From NCBI RefSeq assembly GCF_013362815.1, contig NZ_JABFVK010000027.1, forward strand, positions 7,140-71,139: DNA of 64,000 nucleotides, given 5' to 3'. Positions 1-8,640 of the stretch are shown piece by piece. The DNA comes from Hamadaea sp. (GTDB lineage Bacteria > Actinomycetota > Actinomycetes > Mycobacteriales > Micromonosporaceae). The position numbers and the translations under genes were made by a program. Within the stretch, counting starts at the first letter, position 1; each line of letters starts with the position of its first letter. The notes under the pieces were generated by a model that worked only from the letters and a program-made list of their open reading frames with translations, did no database searches and was not told where the DNA came from.

Positions 1-524
1 ACGGCCGCGCCGTAGTCCCGTTTCACGCCGGTGGCGGGGTCGTATTCGAAGACCCGGCCGCCCGGGTAAGTCCCGCCGTACAGCTTGCCGTCCGGCGAGG
101 CGGCCAGCGCCCAGATGAACGAGTCGGGCGAGACACTTGCGACCTTGGTGACGGCGGTCGACACCGTGGCCGACGTCGTGTCGATGCGGTAGAGATCGCC
201 CGGCGTGTAGGTGCCCACGTACAGGTCGGTGCCGACCGAGGCGGTCGCCCACGCGCCGCCGCCCGTCGGAAGTTCGTACCGCCGGTCGACGCGCTGATCG
301 GCGAGGGCGTACGCACCGACGACGGTCGGGGAGACCCCGCCGGTGGCGGTGTAGATGGTGCCGTCGATGAGTTCCGCGCCGTTGACGGAGGTGACCTCAG
401 ACGCGGGCCCGAGGTCGGTGATCGTGCCAGGGGCGAGATCGTCGGCCGCCGAGGCGAGGCCGGCCGGCCAGGTCGCGGCGAGCGGAGCGGCGAGGGTGGT
501 CAGGAGCAGGGTTCGACGTCGCAA
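1..524 (-). CDS. Secreted beta-propeller-repeat protein, N-terminal part (gene continues beyond the left edge)
   Basis: Absent from the ORF track because no stop lies in the window. Reverse translation from TTG 524-522 (GGAGAG 6 nt upstream) reads LRRRTLLLTTLAAPLAATWPAGLASAADD (signal peptide). Repeated strand motifs follow (TIYTATGG, DLYVGTYTPGDLYRID, KLYGGTYPGGRVFEYD), with no stop down to position 1. Confidence 0.5.
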   Translation of the reverse strand, partial: MRRRTLLLTTLAAPLAATWPAGLASAADDLAPGTITDLGPASEVTSVNGAELIDGTIYTATGGVSPTVVGAYALADQRVDRRYELPTGGGAWATASVGTDLYVGTYTPGDLYRIDTTSATVSTAVTKVASVSPDSFIWALAASPDGKLYGGTYPGGRVFEYDPATGVKRDYGAA

Positions 525-697
525 CGGGTTCTCTCCAATACGGTGAGGTAGTTTCGGGCCGATCCGTAATGAACCATAAGCTCATCACATTCAGGGACTG
601 ACGTCGAGAGGTTGAGTTTCGGGCGTACCCGTAATAGATCGTTTGACGGGCCGGCGGAACGGGGTAGGTAGCCTCGGACCGGTCTGGAGGTGATCGC

Positions 698-1663
698 ATG
701 CGGACCGGAGCCGCGGCCGGGCACACCGGGTACTTCCACGAGGCCGCCGTGTACCGGTCCGACCGGGAGTTCCTCGACATCGCGGTGCCGTTCCTCCGGG
801 ACGGGGTCGCGGCGGGAGAGCCGACCCTGGTGGCGCTCGGTGGACCGCATGCCGACCTCGTCCGGCGGGCCACGGCCGGCGACCGCGAGATCAGCTACCT
901 GACCTCCGACTTGTACGCCCGCCCGGCCGCGGCGATCGCGGAGTACCGCCGGATCCTGACCCGTCTCGCGGAGCAGGGCGCGCAGCAGGTCCGGATCCTC
1001 GGCGAACTGGCCTCCTCGGCGTTCGGCGCGACCTGGGACTGGTGGGCCCGCTACGAATCGGCCATCAACCACGCGTACGCCGAATTTCCGTTGTGGAGCA
1101 TCTGCGCGTACGGGACTCCGGCGACGCCGCCCGCCGTGCTGGCCGACGTCCGGCGTACGCACCCCCGGACCGCCGGGCCGAACGGCGAGCACACCTCGAA
1201 CGACACCTATCTCGATCCGGCGACCTACTTGGCGGAACCACGCGTCGTCACGGCCGACCCGTTGCTGCGCCGGACTCCGGTGTGGACGCTGGTGGACCCG
1301 ACCCCGGCGGCCGTCCGGTCGGCGGTGCGCTCCGTCGTCCCCCACGGTCTGACGTGGGCCGGAGCGAAGCTGGGTGGGTTCATGGTCGCCGTCAGCGAGG
1401 GCGTGACCAACGCGATCCGGCACGGGCGCGGGCCGGTCCGCGTACGCCTGTGGATCTCGTCACATCGCCTGGTACTGACCGTCACCGACCAGGGCGCCGG
1501 ACCCGAGGACCCGTACGCCGGGCTGCTCCCGCTGCCGGACGCCGATCCCGGTGGTCTTGGCCTGTGGCTGAGCCACCAGTTGTGCGACCACGTCGCCATG
1601 GATCGGGACGCGACCGGCTACACCCTCCGGCTCACAGCGGGTGACCCCGACGCGGATCGTTGA
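698..1663 (+). CDS. MEDS-domain protein fused to a GHKL ATPase (RsbW/SpoIIAB-type anti-sigma-factor kinase-like) C-terminus
   Basis: 321-aa ORF with ATG preceded by GGAGG (686-690). The N-terminal half is MEDS-like (GYFHEAAVYRSDREFLDIAVPFLRDG ... RILGE). The C-terminal third has anti-sigma kinase motifs (EGVTNAIRHG, DQGAGPEDP, GGLGLWL). Confidence 0.6.
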   Translation: MRTGAAAGHTGYFHEAAVYRSDREFLDIAVPFLRDGVAAGEPTLVALGGPHADLVRRATAGDREISYLTSDLYARPAAAIAEYRRILTRLAEQGAQQVRILGELASSAFGATWDWWARYESAINHAYAEFPLWSICAYGTPATPPAVLADVRRTHPRTAGPNGEHTSNDTYLDPATYLAEPRVVTADPLLRRTPVWTLVDPTPAAVRSAVRSVVPHGLTWAGAKLGGFMVAVSEGVTNAIRHGRGPVRVRLWISSHRLVLTVTDQGAGPEDPYAGLLPLPDADPGGLGLWLSHQLCDHVAMDRDATGYTLRLTAGDPDADR

Positions 1664-1766
1664 CGACGCAACCGTTCCGGAAAGGTTGACATACAGACAG
1701 CTCAATGGTCCTATGTGTCCTTACGTTGGCCGGGCGCAGTCATCCGGCCCGACGGAAGGACGCTCG

Positions 1767-2456
1767 GTGAAGCGGCACACCTCACCTGAACTACCCGGCG
1801 AAGGCGACACCGACTACGCGCGCTACATGCGCCTCGACACTCTGCTCAGCCTGCAGCGGCACCCCGACGACGTGGTTCACCGGGACGAGTTGCTCTTCCA
1901 AGTAGTGCATCAATCCAGCGAACTCTGGCTCAAGCTCGCGGTCGCCGAGATCGACGAGGCGGCCGTGCTGGTCGGCAAGGACGATCCGATCGGCGCGGAG
2001 CTGCTGCTCGGCCGGGCGTCCCTGGCGATCCGGCTGGTGACCGATCAGCTCGAGATGTTCCGGTTCCTCAAACCGGCCGACTTCGAGGCGATGAAACCGG
2101 CGCTGGGCAACGGCTCCGGCGCGGAGTCGCCCGGGTGGCGCGACGCGCAGAAGGCCAGCCGCCGGCTCGGTCAGGCGTTCCAGGCGTACCTCGGCCGCCA
2201 GGAGGTCGACCCGGCGACGCTGTATCCGGGCGTCGACACCGATCCGGCGTACCGGCTCGCCGAGGCGATGGTGGACTGGGACGAGCGAGTGGCCCTGTGG
2301 CGCGTACGCCACTACACGATCGCCATCCGCATCGGCGGCCACGGCATGACCGGTACGCCGAACAGCCCGGCGGACTGGCTGGCGAAGCTGATCGACTACC
2401 GCTTCTTCCCGGAACTCTGGCAGCTCCGGGTTCTCGGCGGCCACGCCGGTGCGTGA
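1767..2456 (+). CDS. Tryptophan 2,3-dioxygenase-family haem protein (short bacterial TDO type)
   Basis: Track ORF 1641..2456; start placed at in-frame GTG 1767 with GGAAGGA at 1754-1760. TDO hallmark helices are present: DYARYMRLDTLLSLQ, HRDELLFQVVHQSSELWLKL, and the proximal-His segment WRVRHYTIAIRIGG. Confidence 0.75.
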   Translation: MKRHTSPELPGEGDTDYARYMRLDTLLSLQRHPDDVVHRDELLFQVVHQSSELWLKLAVAEIDEAAVLVGKDDPIGAELLLGRASLAIRLVTDQLEMFRFLKPADFEAMKPALGNGSGAESPGWRDAQKASRRLGQAFQAYLGRQEVDPATLYPGVDTDPAYRLAEAMVDWDERVALWRVRHYTIAIRIGGHGMTGTPNSPADWLAKLIDYRFFPELWQLRVLGGHAGA

Positions 2457-3636
2457 GCTCGCATCGTGGCTGTCCGGCGACCGCCGTCCGGACACGTTCC
2501 CGTACGACGCCGTCGGGGCGGAGTTCCGGCGTACCGGTAAGCACTTCGTGGCCAAAGAGCTACTGGTCCAGCTCGATCAGGCCCGGCGGACGGCATTGGC
2601 GCCGGCCCGAGCCCCGGCCGCCGACCGCTTCCTGCGGGACTTCCTGGACGTGGTGCTCGACAAGTTCGACGGGCGCTACGACTACCAGACCTATCTCGGG
2701 CTGAGCCTGCTGCGGCTGCCCGACGACGTCGACTCCGTACGCCGCCGGCACGACGAGCTGACCGTGCAGTTGATCGCCGACGCCCTCCAGTTCGAGCTGG
2801 CCGCCGCGTCCGGGGCGACCGAGCTGCTGCCCCGGCAAAGGCCCGGCCTGAAGCTCGTGACCAAGCGCTATCGGCTGGGCGTACGCGCCTTCGCCCCGGC
2901 GCTGAGCCGGCTCGGTCTGCTGACGACGGCGGCTCCCGATCCGGCGGCTGCGGCGGCTCAGCTCTCCGAAGCTGCGCTGACCCGGCAGGAAGCCACCGAA
3001 CGCCGGGCGCTTTCGGCGAGCATGCTGCCGGTCGACCAGGTGCACGACGAGTACCTGTTCATCCGGGTGTTGCAGGGTTACGAGACGACGTTCGCCGCGT
3101 TGGCCGTCGAACTCGGCCAGGCCGTTGCCGACGTGACCGCCGGACGTCCGGACGAGGCGGCCGAGCGGCTCGCGTACGCCCGGAAGCTGCTCGACGGGGC
3201 GGCGCCGTTGTTCTCGTTGATGGCCACGGTGCAACCGGAGTCGTTCCGGGCGTTCCGCGTCCACACCGAAGGGGCGAGCGCCATCCAGTCCCGGTCCTAC
3301 AAACGGGTCGAGTCGTTGTGCCGGCCTCCTGACCAGTCCCGGTTGGACTCCGCGGCGTACCGGTCGGTGCCGGAGGTTCGCGACACCGTACTCGCCGGGC
3401 AGCCCTCGCTGGCCGAGGCGTACCGGGCGGCGGTCCTCGGTGGAACGCAGGAACGGCTGCTGGAACGCCGGATGGCGGAGTTCAGCGCCGCGCTGCTGCA
3501 GTGGCGGCAGACCCACTATCGGATCGCCGTGCGGATGCTCGGTACGCGACCAGGCACCGGTTACACCGAAGGCACGCCGTATCTGGCCGCCGTCCGGGAT
3601 CTGCCGGTGTTCAGCTCGGAACGGGAGGGCACGTGA
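2449..3636 (+). CDS. Divergent TDO-superfamily haem protein with about 170-aa N-terminal extension
   Basis: 395-aa ORF whose GTG overlaps the upstream TDO stop by 8 nt. The C-terminal half repeats the TDO signature (HDEYLFIRVLQGYETTF ... WRQTHYRIAVRMLGTRPGTGYTEGTPYL). The N-terminal part has no motif I recognise. Confidence 0.55.
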   Translation: MRELASWLSGDRRPDTFPYDAVGAEFRRTGKHFVAKELLVQLDQARRTALAPARAPAADRFLRDFLDVVLDKFDGRYDYQTYLGLSLLRLPDDVDSVRRRHDELTVQLIADALQFELAAASGATELLPRQRPGLKLVTKRYRLGVRAFAPALSRLGLLTTAAPDPAAAAAQLSEAALTRQEATERRALSASMLPVDQVHDEYLFIRVLQGYETTFAALAVELGQAVADVTAGRPDEAAERLAYARKLLDGAAPLFSLMATVQPESFRAFRVHTEGASAIQSRSYKRVESLCRPPDQSRLDSAAYRSVPEVRDTVLAGQPSLAEAYRAAVLGGTQERLLERRMAEFSAALLQWRQTHYRIAVRMLGTRPGTGYTEGTPYLAAVRDLPVFSSEREGT

Positions 3637-4745
3637 CTCTGCGTCAGGAGTTTCCGCTGCTGGCGGACTGCGTCTACCTCAACAGCAACTCGACCGGGGC
3701 GGTGCCGCGAGGGGCTCAAGCGGTGCTGGAACAGTATTGGGAGACCCTGAGCACTTGGCGCGACGACGTGTGGTTCGGCTGGCACGAGCAGCTCGACGCG
3801 TATGTGTCCACTCTGGAGCGTTTCATCGGGGCCGCACCTGGCAGCGTCGTCACCGACGCCAACCTCAGTACGCTGCTCTCCCGAGTGGCTTCGTGCCTCA
3901 CCTTCCAACCGCCCCGCAATAGGGTGGTCATCACCGACCGGGAGTTCCCGACGATTCCGTTCGTCTGGCAGGCCCAGAAGCGGCTCGGGGCGGAGGTCGA
4001 CATCGTCGGCGACGGCGGTCCCGCGATCGATCAGGACGAACTGGAACGACGGATCGACGAGCGGACGCTCGTGGTATGCGTACCACATGCGAGCTTCTCG
4101 TCCGGCGCGACGCTGGACCTGCCGCGGCTGATCCGCCGGGCGCGCGAGATGGGCGCGCTGGTCATCCTCGACGCGTTCCAGAGCGTCGGGGTGATGCCAC
4201 TGGACGTGACCGCGCTCGGGGTGGACTTCGTGCTGGGCGGTTCGCACAAGTGGATGTGCGGGGTCGGGACCGCGTTCCTTTACGTACGCCCGGAGCTGGC
4301 CGACGGGCTGGAGCCGGCCGCGACCGGCTGGCAGGCCGGCGAGCACGCGCTGTCCTTCCGGCCCGCCACCGCCTGGGCGGCCGGGGCGCAGCGGTTCGCC
4401 GGCGGCACCCCGTTCCCGCTGACCGCCATGATTTCGCGGGTCGGCCTGGATCTACTGGCCGGCGTCGGCATCGAACAGATCCGGGCGCATTCGCTCGCCT
4501 TGACCGCCCGGATTCTGGACCGCGCGGCATCGGCGGGGATTCCGGTCGTCAGCCCGAGCGGACCGGACCGGGGCGGCGTCGTCTGCCTGGACGTCCCCGA
4601 CGGGGAAGCGGTCAAACACCGGCTCGCGAAGCGGAACCTGATCTGCAGCTGGCGCGGCTACCTGCGGCTCGGCCCGCACATCTACAACACGCCCGACGAG
4701 GTCGACGAGTTCATGGACGCCCTGGAACAGGAGTGGCACCGATGA
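3633..4745 (+). CDS. PLP-dependent class-V aminotransferase-fold enzyme, kynureninase-like
   Basis: Track ORF 3501..4745; start placed at GTG 3633 (GGGAGGG upstream, GTGA overlap with the previous stop). The FPLLADCVYLNSNSTG N-terminus and the lysine loop GGSHKWMCGVGTAFLYVRPE resemble kynureninase / class-V PLP enzymes. Confidence 0.55.
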   Translation: MTLRQEFPLLADCVYLNSNSTGAVPRGAQAVLEQYWETLSTWRDDVWFGWHEQLDAYVSTLERFIGAAPGSVVTDANLSTLLSRVASCLTFQPPRNRVVITDREFPTIPFVWQAQKRLGAEVDIVGDGGPAIDQDELERRIDERTLVVCVPHASFSSGATLDLPRLIRRAREMGALVILDAFQSVGVMPLDVTALGVDFVLGGSHKWMCGVGTAFLYVRPELADGLEPAATGWQAGEHALSFRPATAWAAGAQRFAGGTPFPLTAMISRVGLDLLAGVGIEQIRAHSLALTARILDRAASAGIPVVSPSGPDRGGVVCLDVPDGEAVKHRLAKRNLICSWRGYLRLGPHIYNTPDEVDEFMDALEQEWHR

Positions 4746-5761
4746 CCGAGGTTTCCCCGCGCGCCCTGATGAGCCTGCTGTTCAACGGAGCCAAGGCGGT
4801 CGACGTCCTGGAGACCGCGCTGGACCTGGGATTGCTGGACGAGCTCGAACCCGGCCCGGTACGCCTGGCCGACCTCGCCGAGCGCCATGGGCTGAAACCG
4901 TTGCGGCTCTACAAGTTCCTCGACTGCCTGGAGAGCCTCGGGCTGCTCCAGCGGGCCGACGACGGTGACGACATCGCCGACACCGAGTATCGGGCGGTCC
5001 CCGGATTGCGGGACGCGGCGGTGGCCGCGCTCGGGCCGGACGCGATCGAACGGGACCGGGATCGGTACCCGTGGCGGGTGCTGCACGGACGGCTCGCCGA
5101 CAGCCTGCGCGGCGAGGTCGGGATGACCGACGAGGATTTCGCCTGGCCGCCGAAGACCGACGAGCAGACCGCCTCGTTCGAGAGCAGCATGTCGCTCGGG
5201 CTCGGCCCGGTCCTCGAAGTCTTCCACCGGTACGCCGACCGCCTGTGGGACGGGCGTACACGGTTCCTCGACATCGGCGGAGGCGCGGGCACGTTGGCAG
5301 CAAGCGTCGTCGCCGACGCGCCCCACCTGCACGTCGACGTCTTCAACCTGCCCGCCGTCGGCCTGCTCGTCGAGCAGACGCGTACGCGGTGCGCCGATCC
5401 GGCGCGGCTCGGTTTCGTGGCGGGGGACTTCTTCGCCGAACCGCTGCCGGGCGGCTACGACGCGATGGCGTTCGTCCGCGTACTGCACGACTGGCCGGCC
5501 GACGTCGCCCGCCAGCTCGTGGAGTCGGCGTACGCCGCCCTCGAACCCGGCGGCCGCCTGCTGATCTGCGAGGAGTTCCGGACGCCGGACCGCCTGGCGA
5601 TGCAGTTCTTCTGGTCGTACTTCCTGATCGGGGTGGACAGCTGCGTCAGCCGCCTCCGCGAGGTCTCCTTCTACACCGCGCTGCTGGAGAAGACCGGCTT
5701 CGACCAGATCGAGGTCCTGCCGTCGGCCTGGGAACTGGTGGTGGCCCGGAAACCCGGTTGA
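4742..5761 (+). CDS. SAM-dependent O-methyltransferase (family 2, with N-terminal winged-helix dimerisation domain)
   Basis: Track ORF 4076..5761; real start ATG 4742 (ATGA overlap with the previous stop). Motifs: LDLGLLDEL...LYKFLDCLESLGLL, SAM motif FLDIGGGAGTLA, and VLHDWPADV. Confidence 0.7.
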   Translation: MTEVSPRALMSLLFNGAKAVDVLETALDLGLLDELEPGPVRLADLAERHGLKPLRLYKFLDCLESLGLLQRADDGDDIADTEYRAVPGLRDAAVAALGPDAIERDRDRYPWRVLHGRLADSLRGEVGMTDEDFAWPPKTDEQTASFESSMSLGLGPVLEVFHRYADRLWDGRTRFLDIGGGAGTLAASVVADAPHLHVDVFNLPAVGLLVEQTRTRCADPARLGFVAGDFFAEPLPGGYDAMAFVRVLHDWPADVARQLVESAYAALEPGGRLLICEEFRTPDRLAMQFFWSYFLIGVDSCVSRLREVSFYTALLEKTGFDQIEVLPSAWELVVARKPG

Positions 5762-5786
5762 GTGCGGATCTCCGGGCCACTGCTCA

Positions 5787-8372
5787 TCACGTCGAATAGT
5801 AGTGCTCGGCGAGATATCGGCGATACCAGTCCGCGTACGGGTGATCCGTCGCGGCGAACGTCGGCATGGGGAGCTTTGCGTCGGCTGCGGCGAAACCCCA
5901 GACGCGTACGGGCTTGCCCGAGGCGCGCATGTTCTTCACCCAGGTCCGGACCGAGTCGTCCGTGCCGGCCCTGGTGCCGAACGAGAAGCAGTAGGGCAGC
6001 AACTCGGTCCAGTCGGCGCGGCTGTCGGACCGGTCGCATTCCACCCCGGCGACCTGCGGATAGGTGACGCGCTGGACCGGTCCCGCGCCGCTGCCGACCC
6101 GTTGCAGCCGGTAGGCGAGACCTTTGCGGCTCGAGCCGTTGTCGAGCCAACCAGCGGTGACGCTGATGTGCCACGTGGCCGACGACGCGATGTGGTTGTC
6201 GAAGTAGCCGATGTCGGTGTCCGCCTCGTCGTGCCAGGTGACCGAGGTCGGCCCGATGCTGCCGAACTGCAGCTCGTACTCGGGCTTGGCGCTGTCGCGG
6301 CGATGGACCTCCGCGACCGTCGACGAGTCGAGGAGCTTCAGCGTCGGGTGGATGCCGTCGTCGAACGGCTTCTTCTGGCCCGTACGCCAGGCGACTCGCC
6401 CGTGATCATCGATCTTGCCCAGGCGGTACCAGAGTGTGTTGTGGTTCTCCGACTGATGAACTTCCAGCACGGTGTTGTCGTCGGTCAAGACGACCGCAGG
6501 GCTCTGCCCGGTGTCGTACTTGCCGTGGCTGAGCCAGGTGACCGAACCCGCGCTCTCGTCGACGCGCCCGGTCCAGTACCACAACGTGTCCTGCGGGCCT
6601 TCCTCCACCGTGATCACGAGGCCGGACTTGTTGATGCCGACTGTCGGATCAGTGGCGAGGTCGTGGGTGTAGGCAAGCCGCGCGTTCGCGTCCCCGGCGA
6701 GGATCGGAATCACTCGGCCGTACAGATCGCTGACGGGTATGCCGCCGAGGTCGCCGGTGAGCATCCGGTCGCCGAAGGCGGTATGCAGCGCCGAGTTGAG
6801 CCGGAACAGGTCGGCGGGGGAGAAGGTGGTGCGCAGATCGAGCACCAGCGTGATCGGTGCGGCGTACGCGTTGGCGGGATCGGCCATCCAGGACGCGACG
6901 ACACCCAGCCAGGACGCCAGGTCGAACACCTTCGGATTTCGTCCGCTCGTGTCGACGCCCGACCCCGGCTTGCCGTTGCCGACCTTCAGCGTTCCGTTGT
7001 CGGCGACGACGTCCAATTCGAGCTGGCGTACGCCGGATTCGAGCTGGGAGCGGATGCCGTCGCGCTCGGCGCCGCCGAGGTTCCCACCGAAGCTGTCCTG
7101 GGTCGCGGCGAACAGCGTCGTCGCATACATGGGTGGGCTGGTGGGGGTGAAGGTCATGTTCGGCTCCTTCACCGCGTTGAGCCCTCCCGCGGTCATCCGC
7201 GTGCAGGTCCCGCTTCGCGGTTTGCCCTCGCCGTACGCCTGACGCAGGCAGTTGCGCAGCGCGAGCTGGCCCCAGTAGTTCGGATGCAGCGACTCCTGTT
7301 GGTGGTCGCCCCGAGCGTGGATCGCGTAGATCCATTCGAGCTGGTCCGCGCCCTTGTCGGCGGAGCCCTTGGGCAGCTTCGTGTCCTCGAACAACTTGAC
7401 GGTCTTCTCGCATAGGCGGCGATCGGCGAAGGCGTGGGTGAGATCCAGCGTCCGGATGCCGGGCACCTTGGACAGGACGACCGCGCGGGCGACCGCGCCC
7501 CGGACGACGCTGAGGAAGTCGGAGGTCGCCCAGTCGGAGTCGTCGTTGTACAGGCCGCAGCCGCCGGAGTTCAACCGGCTGTAGTCCTCCTTGTACCGGT
7601 AATTCGCGGCGGCGTCGGGCGGCAACGCCTGGGGATAGTTCTGCACCATGATGGTGTAGGAGCCGGGGGCGTACCCGGCCTGCCGCATGGCGTCGCGGAC
7701 GTTGCGGTACGCCGTCACGATCGCCTTGGTGACCTTGTCGACGGCATCCGCGTCGAGCTTGGCCTTCACCGACGTCTTCGCGTGGCAGTGGGGGACCCCG
7801 GGCACCAGGTAGACGAGGAAGCATGAGGTGATCACGTCGCTGAATCCGAAGTCGTTGCCACCGATGGACACCACGACCATGGTCACCTTGTGCCCGGCTG
7901 CGAACTCCTTCAGCAGCTGTGCCTGTCCTTTGTTTCCGCGACTGTCCTGGTAGAAGTCCAGACCCGGCTTGAAGAGACGACCGCTCAACAGCGAGCTGAA
8001 CGCCGAGCTGGTGGTGGCACCGGAGCAGGCCAGGTTCATGCTGTTCACGGTTCGCCGAAGGGTGTCGCGGCCGAAATGGATCTCGGCGGACTTGCTGCGA
8101 TGGCAACCCTCGATGAGCTCACCGGTGCCGTCGGGATTGTCGTCGTACGCGGTCTTGCCCAATGCGTCGACCTTGTCGAGGTCGACCACGGCCTTCTTGG
8201 CGGTGTTGCCGGCCCACCGGCCGGCCTCGCCGGAGATGTACGAGTCGCCGACCGAGACGACCCACGGGGCGTCCGCTGCTCGGATCGTGGGAACGGCCGC
8301 GGCCGGGAGTGTCATGGCGAGCGCCGATCCGGTGAGCGCGGCCATGGCGGTCAGGGTGACGCGTTTTCGCAC
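5787..8372 (-). CDS. Secreted multidomain SGNH/GDSL-type esterase with a large uncharacterised C-terminal region
   Basis: Track ORF 5787..8855; start placed at GTG 8372 (GGGAGGA just upstream), giving signal peptide VRKRVTLTAMAALTGSALAMTLPAAA. SGNH block I is VSVGDSYISGEAG and block III is SIGGNDFGF. The remaining roughly 560 aa have repeated ..TLWY..G.. / ..VHxx.. units. Confidence 0.6.
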   Translation of the reverse strand: MRKRVTLTAMAALTGSALAMTLPAAAVPTIRAADAPWVVSVGDSYISGEAGRWAGNTAKKAVVDLDKVDALGKTAYDDNPDGTGELIEGCHRSKSAEIHFGRDTLRRTVNSMNLACSGATTSSAFSSLLSGRLFKPGLDFYQDSRGNKGQAQLLKEFAAGHKVTMVVVSIGGNDFGFSDVITSCFLVYLVPGVPHCHAKTSVKAKLDADAVDKVTKAIVTAYRNVRDAMRQAGYAPGSYTIMVQNYPQALPPDAAANYRYKEDYSRLNSGGCGLYNDDSDWATSDFLSVVRGAVARAVVLSKVPGIRTLDLTHAFADRRLCEKTVKLFEDTKLPKGSADKGADQLEWIYAIHARGDHQQESLHPNYWGQLALRNCLRQAYGEGKPRSGTCTRMTAGGLNAVKEPNMTFTPTSPPMYATTLFAATQDSFGGNLGGAERDGIRSQLESGVRQLELDVVADNGTLKVGNGKPGSGVDTSGRNPKVFDLASWLGVVASWMADPANAYAAPITLVLDLRTTFSPADLFRLNSALHTAFGDRMLTGDLGGIPVSDLYGRVIPILAGDANARLAYTHDLATDPTVGINKSGLVITVEEGPQDTLWYWTGRVDESAGSVTWLSHGKYDTGQSPAVVLTDDNTVLEVHQSENHNTLWYRLGKIDDHGRVAWRTGQKKPFDDGIHPTLKLLDSSTVAEVHRRDSAKPEYELQFGSIGPTSVTWHDEADTDIGYFDNHIASSATWHISVTAGWLDNGSSRKGLAYRLQRVGSGAGPVQRVTYPQVAGVECDRSDSRADWTELLPYCFSFGTRAGTDDSVRTWVKNMRASGKPVRVWGFAAADAKLPMPTFAATDHPYADWYRRYLAEHYYST

Positions 8373-8572
8373 ACTGTCCTCCCAAGGGGTGATGAAGTGG
8401 GTGAACAGCACCGTACGGTCGGAAACGCGTTTAAAGCGCAAAACAGCCACGAAAAGGTGGAAATCGTGGTGGTCCGCTCGCCCGCCGGGTGACGCGTCTT
8501 GTCGCCCGCCGGAGTGACGAAGAGCTGGCTGCCTAGGGGCTAGCGAAACGGCTCCGGCCAGCGGAAACGCGG

Positions 8573-8596
8573 GTTTAACCAGTCCAGGCGGGGTAC
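8573..8596 (+). promoter_or_regulatory. Candidate sigma-B-group stress promoter (GTTTAA-N12-GGGTAC) for the Asp23 operon
   Basis: GTTTAA at 8573-8578 and GGGTAC at 8591-8596, 45 nt upstream of the Asp23 ATG. This matches the GTTTAA-N12-15-GGGTAT / GNNTN-N14-16-GGGTAY consensus known for SigB-type sigma factors. Confidence 0.5.
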
Positions 8597-8640
8597 ATCG
8601 CGTGATCATGCCGTCACATTGAGTGAAGGAGCGCAGGGCG

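Noticed and set aside
1686-1714. Sigma-70-type promoter for the TDO operon, anchored on a perfect TTGACA at 1686-1691
   Set aside because: No acceptable TANNNT -10 hexamer lies at a 16-19-nt spacing (TCCTAT, CCTATG and CTATGT all fail; TATGTG needs a 20-nt spacer). I therefore left it uncalled.
1767-4745. Plain housekeeping kynurenine pathway (kynA-kynB-kynU)
   Set aside because: No formamidase (kynB) is present, and there is a second divergent TDO-like gene. An O-methyltransferase is translationally coupled at the end, and a dedicated regulator-like gene sits upstream. I therefore treated it as a specialised pathway candidate.
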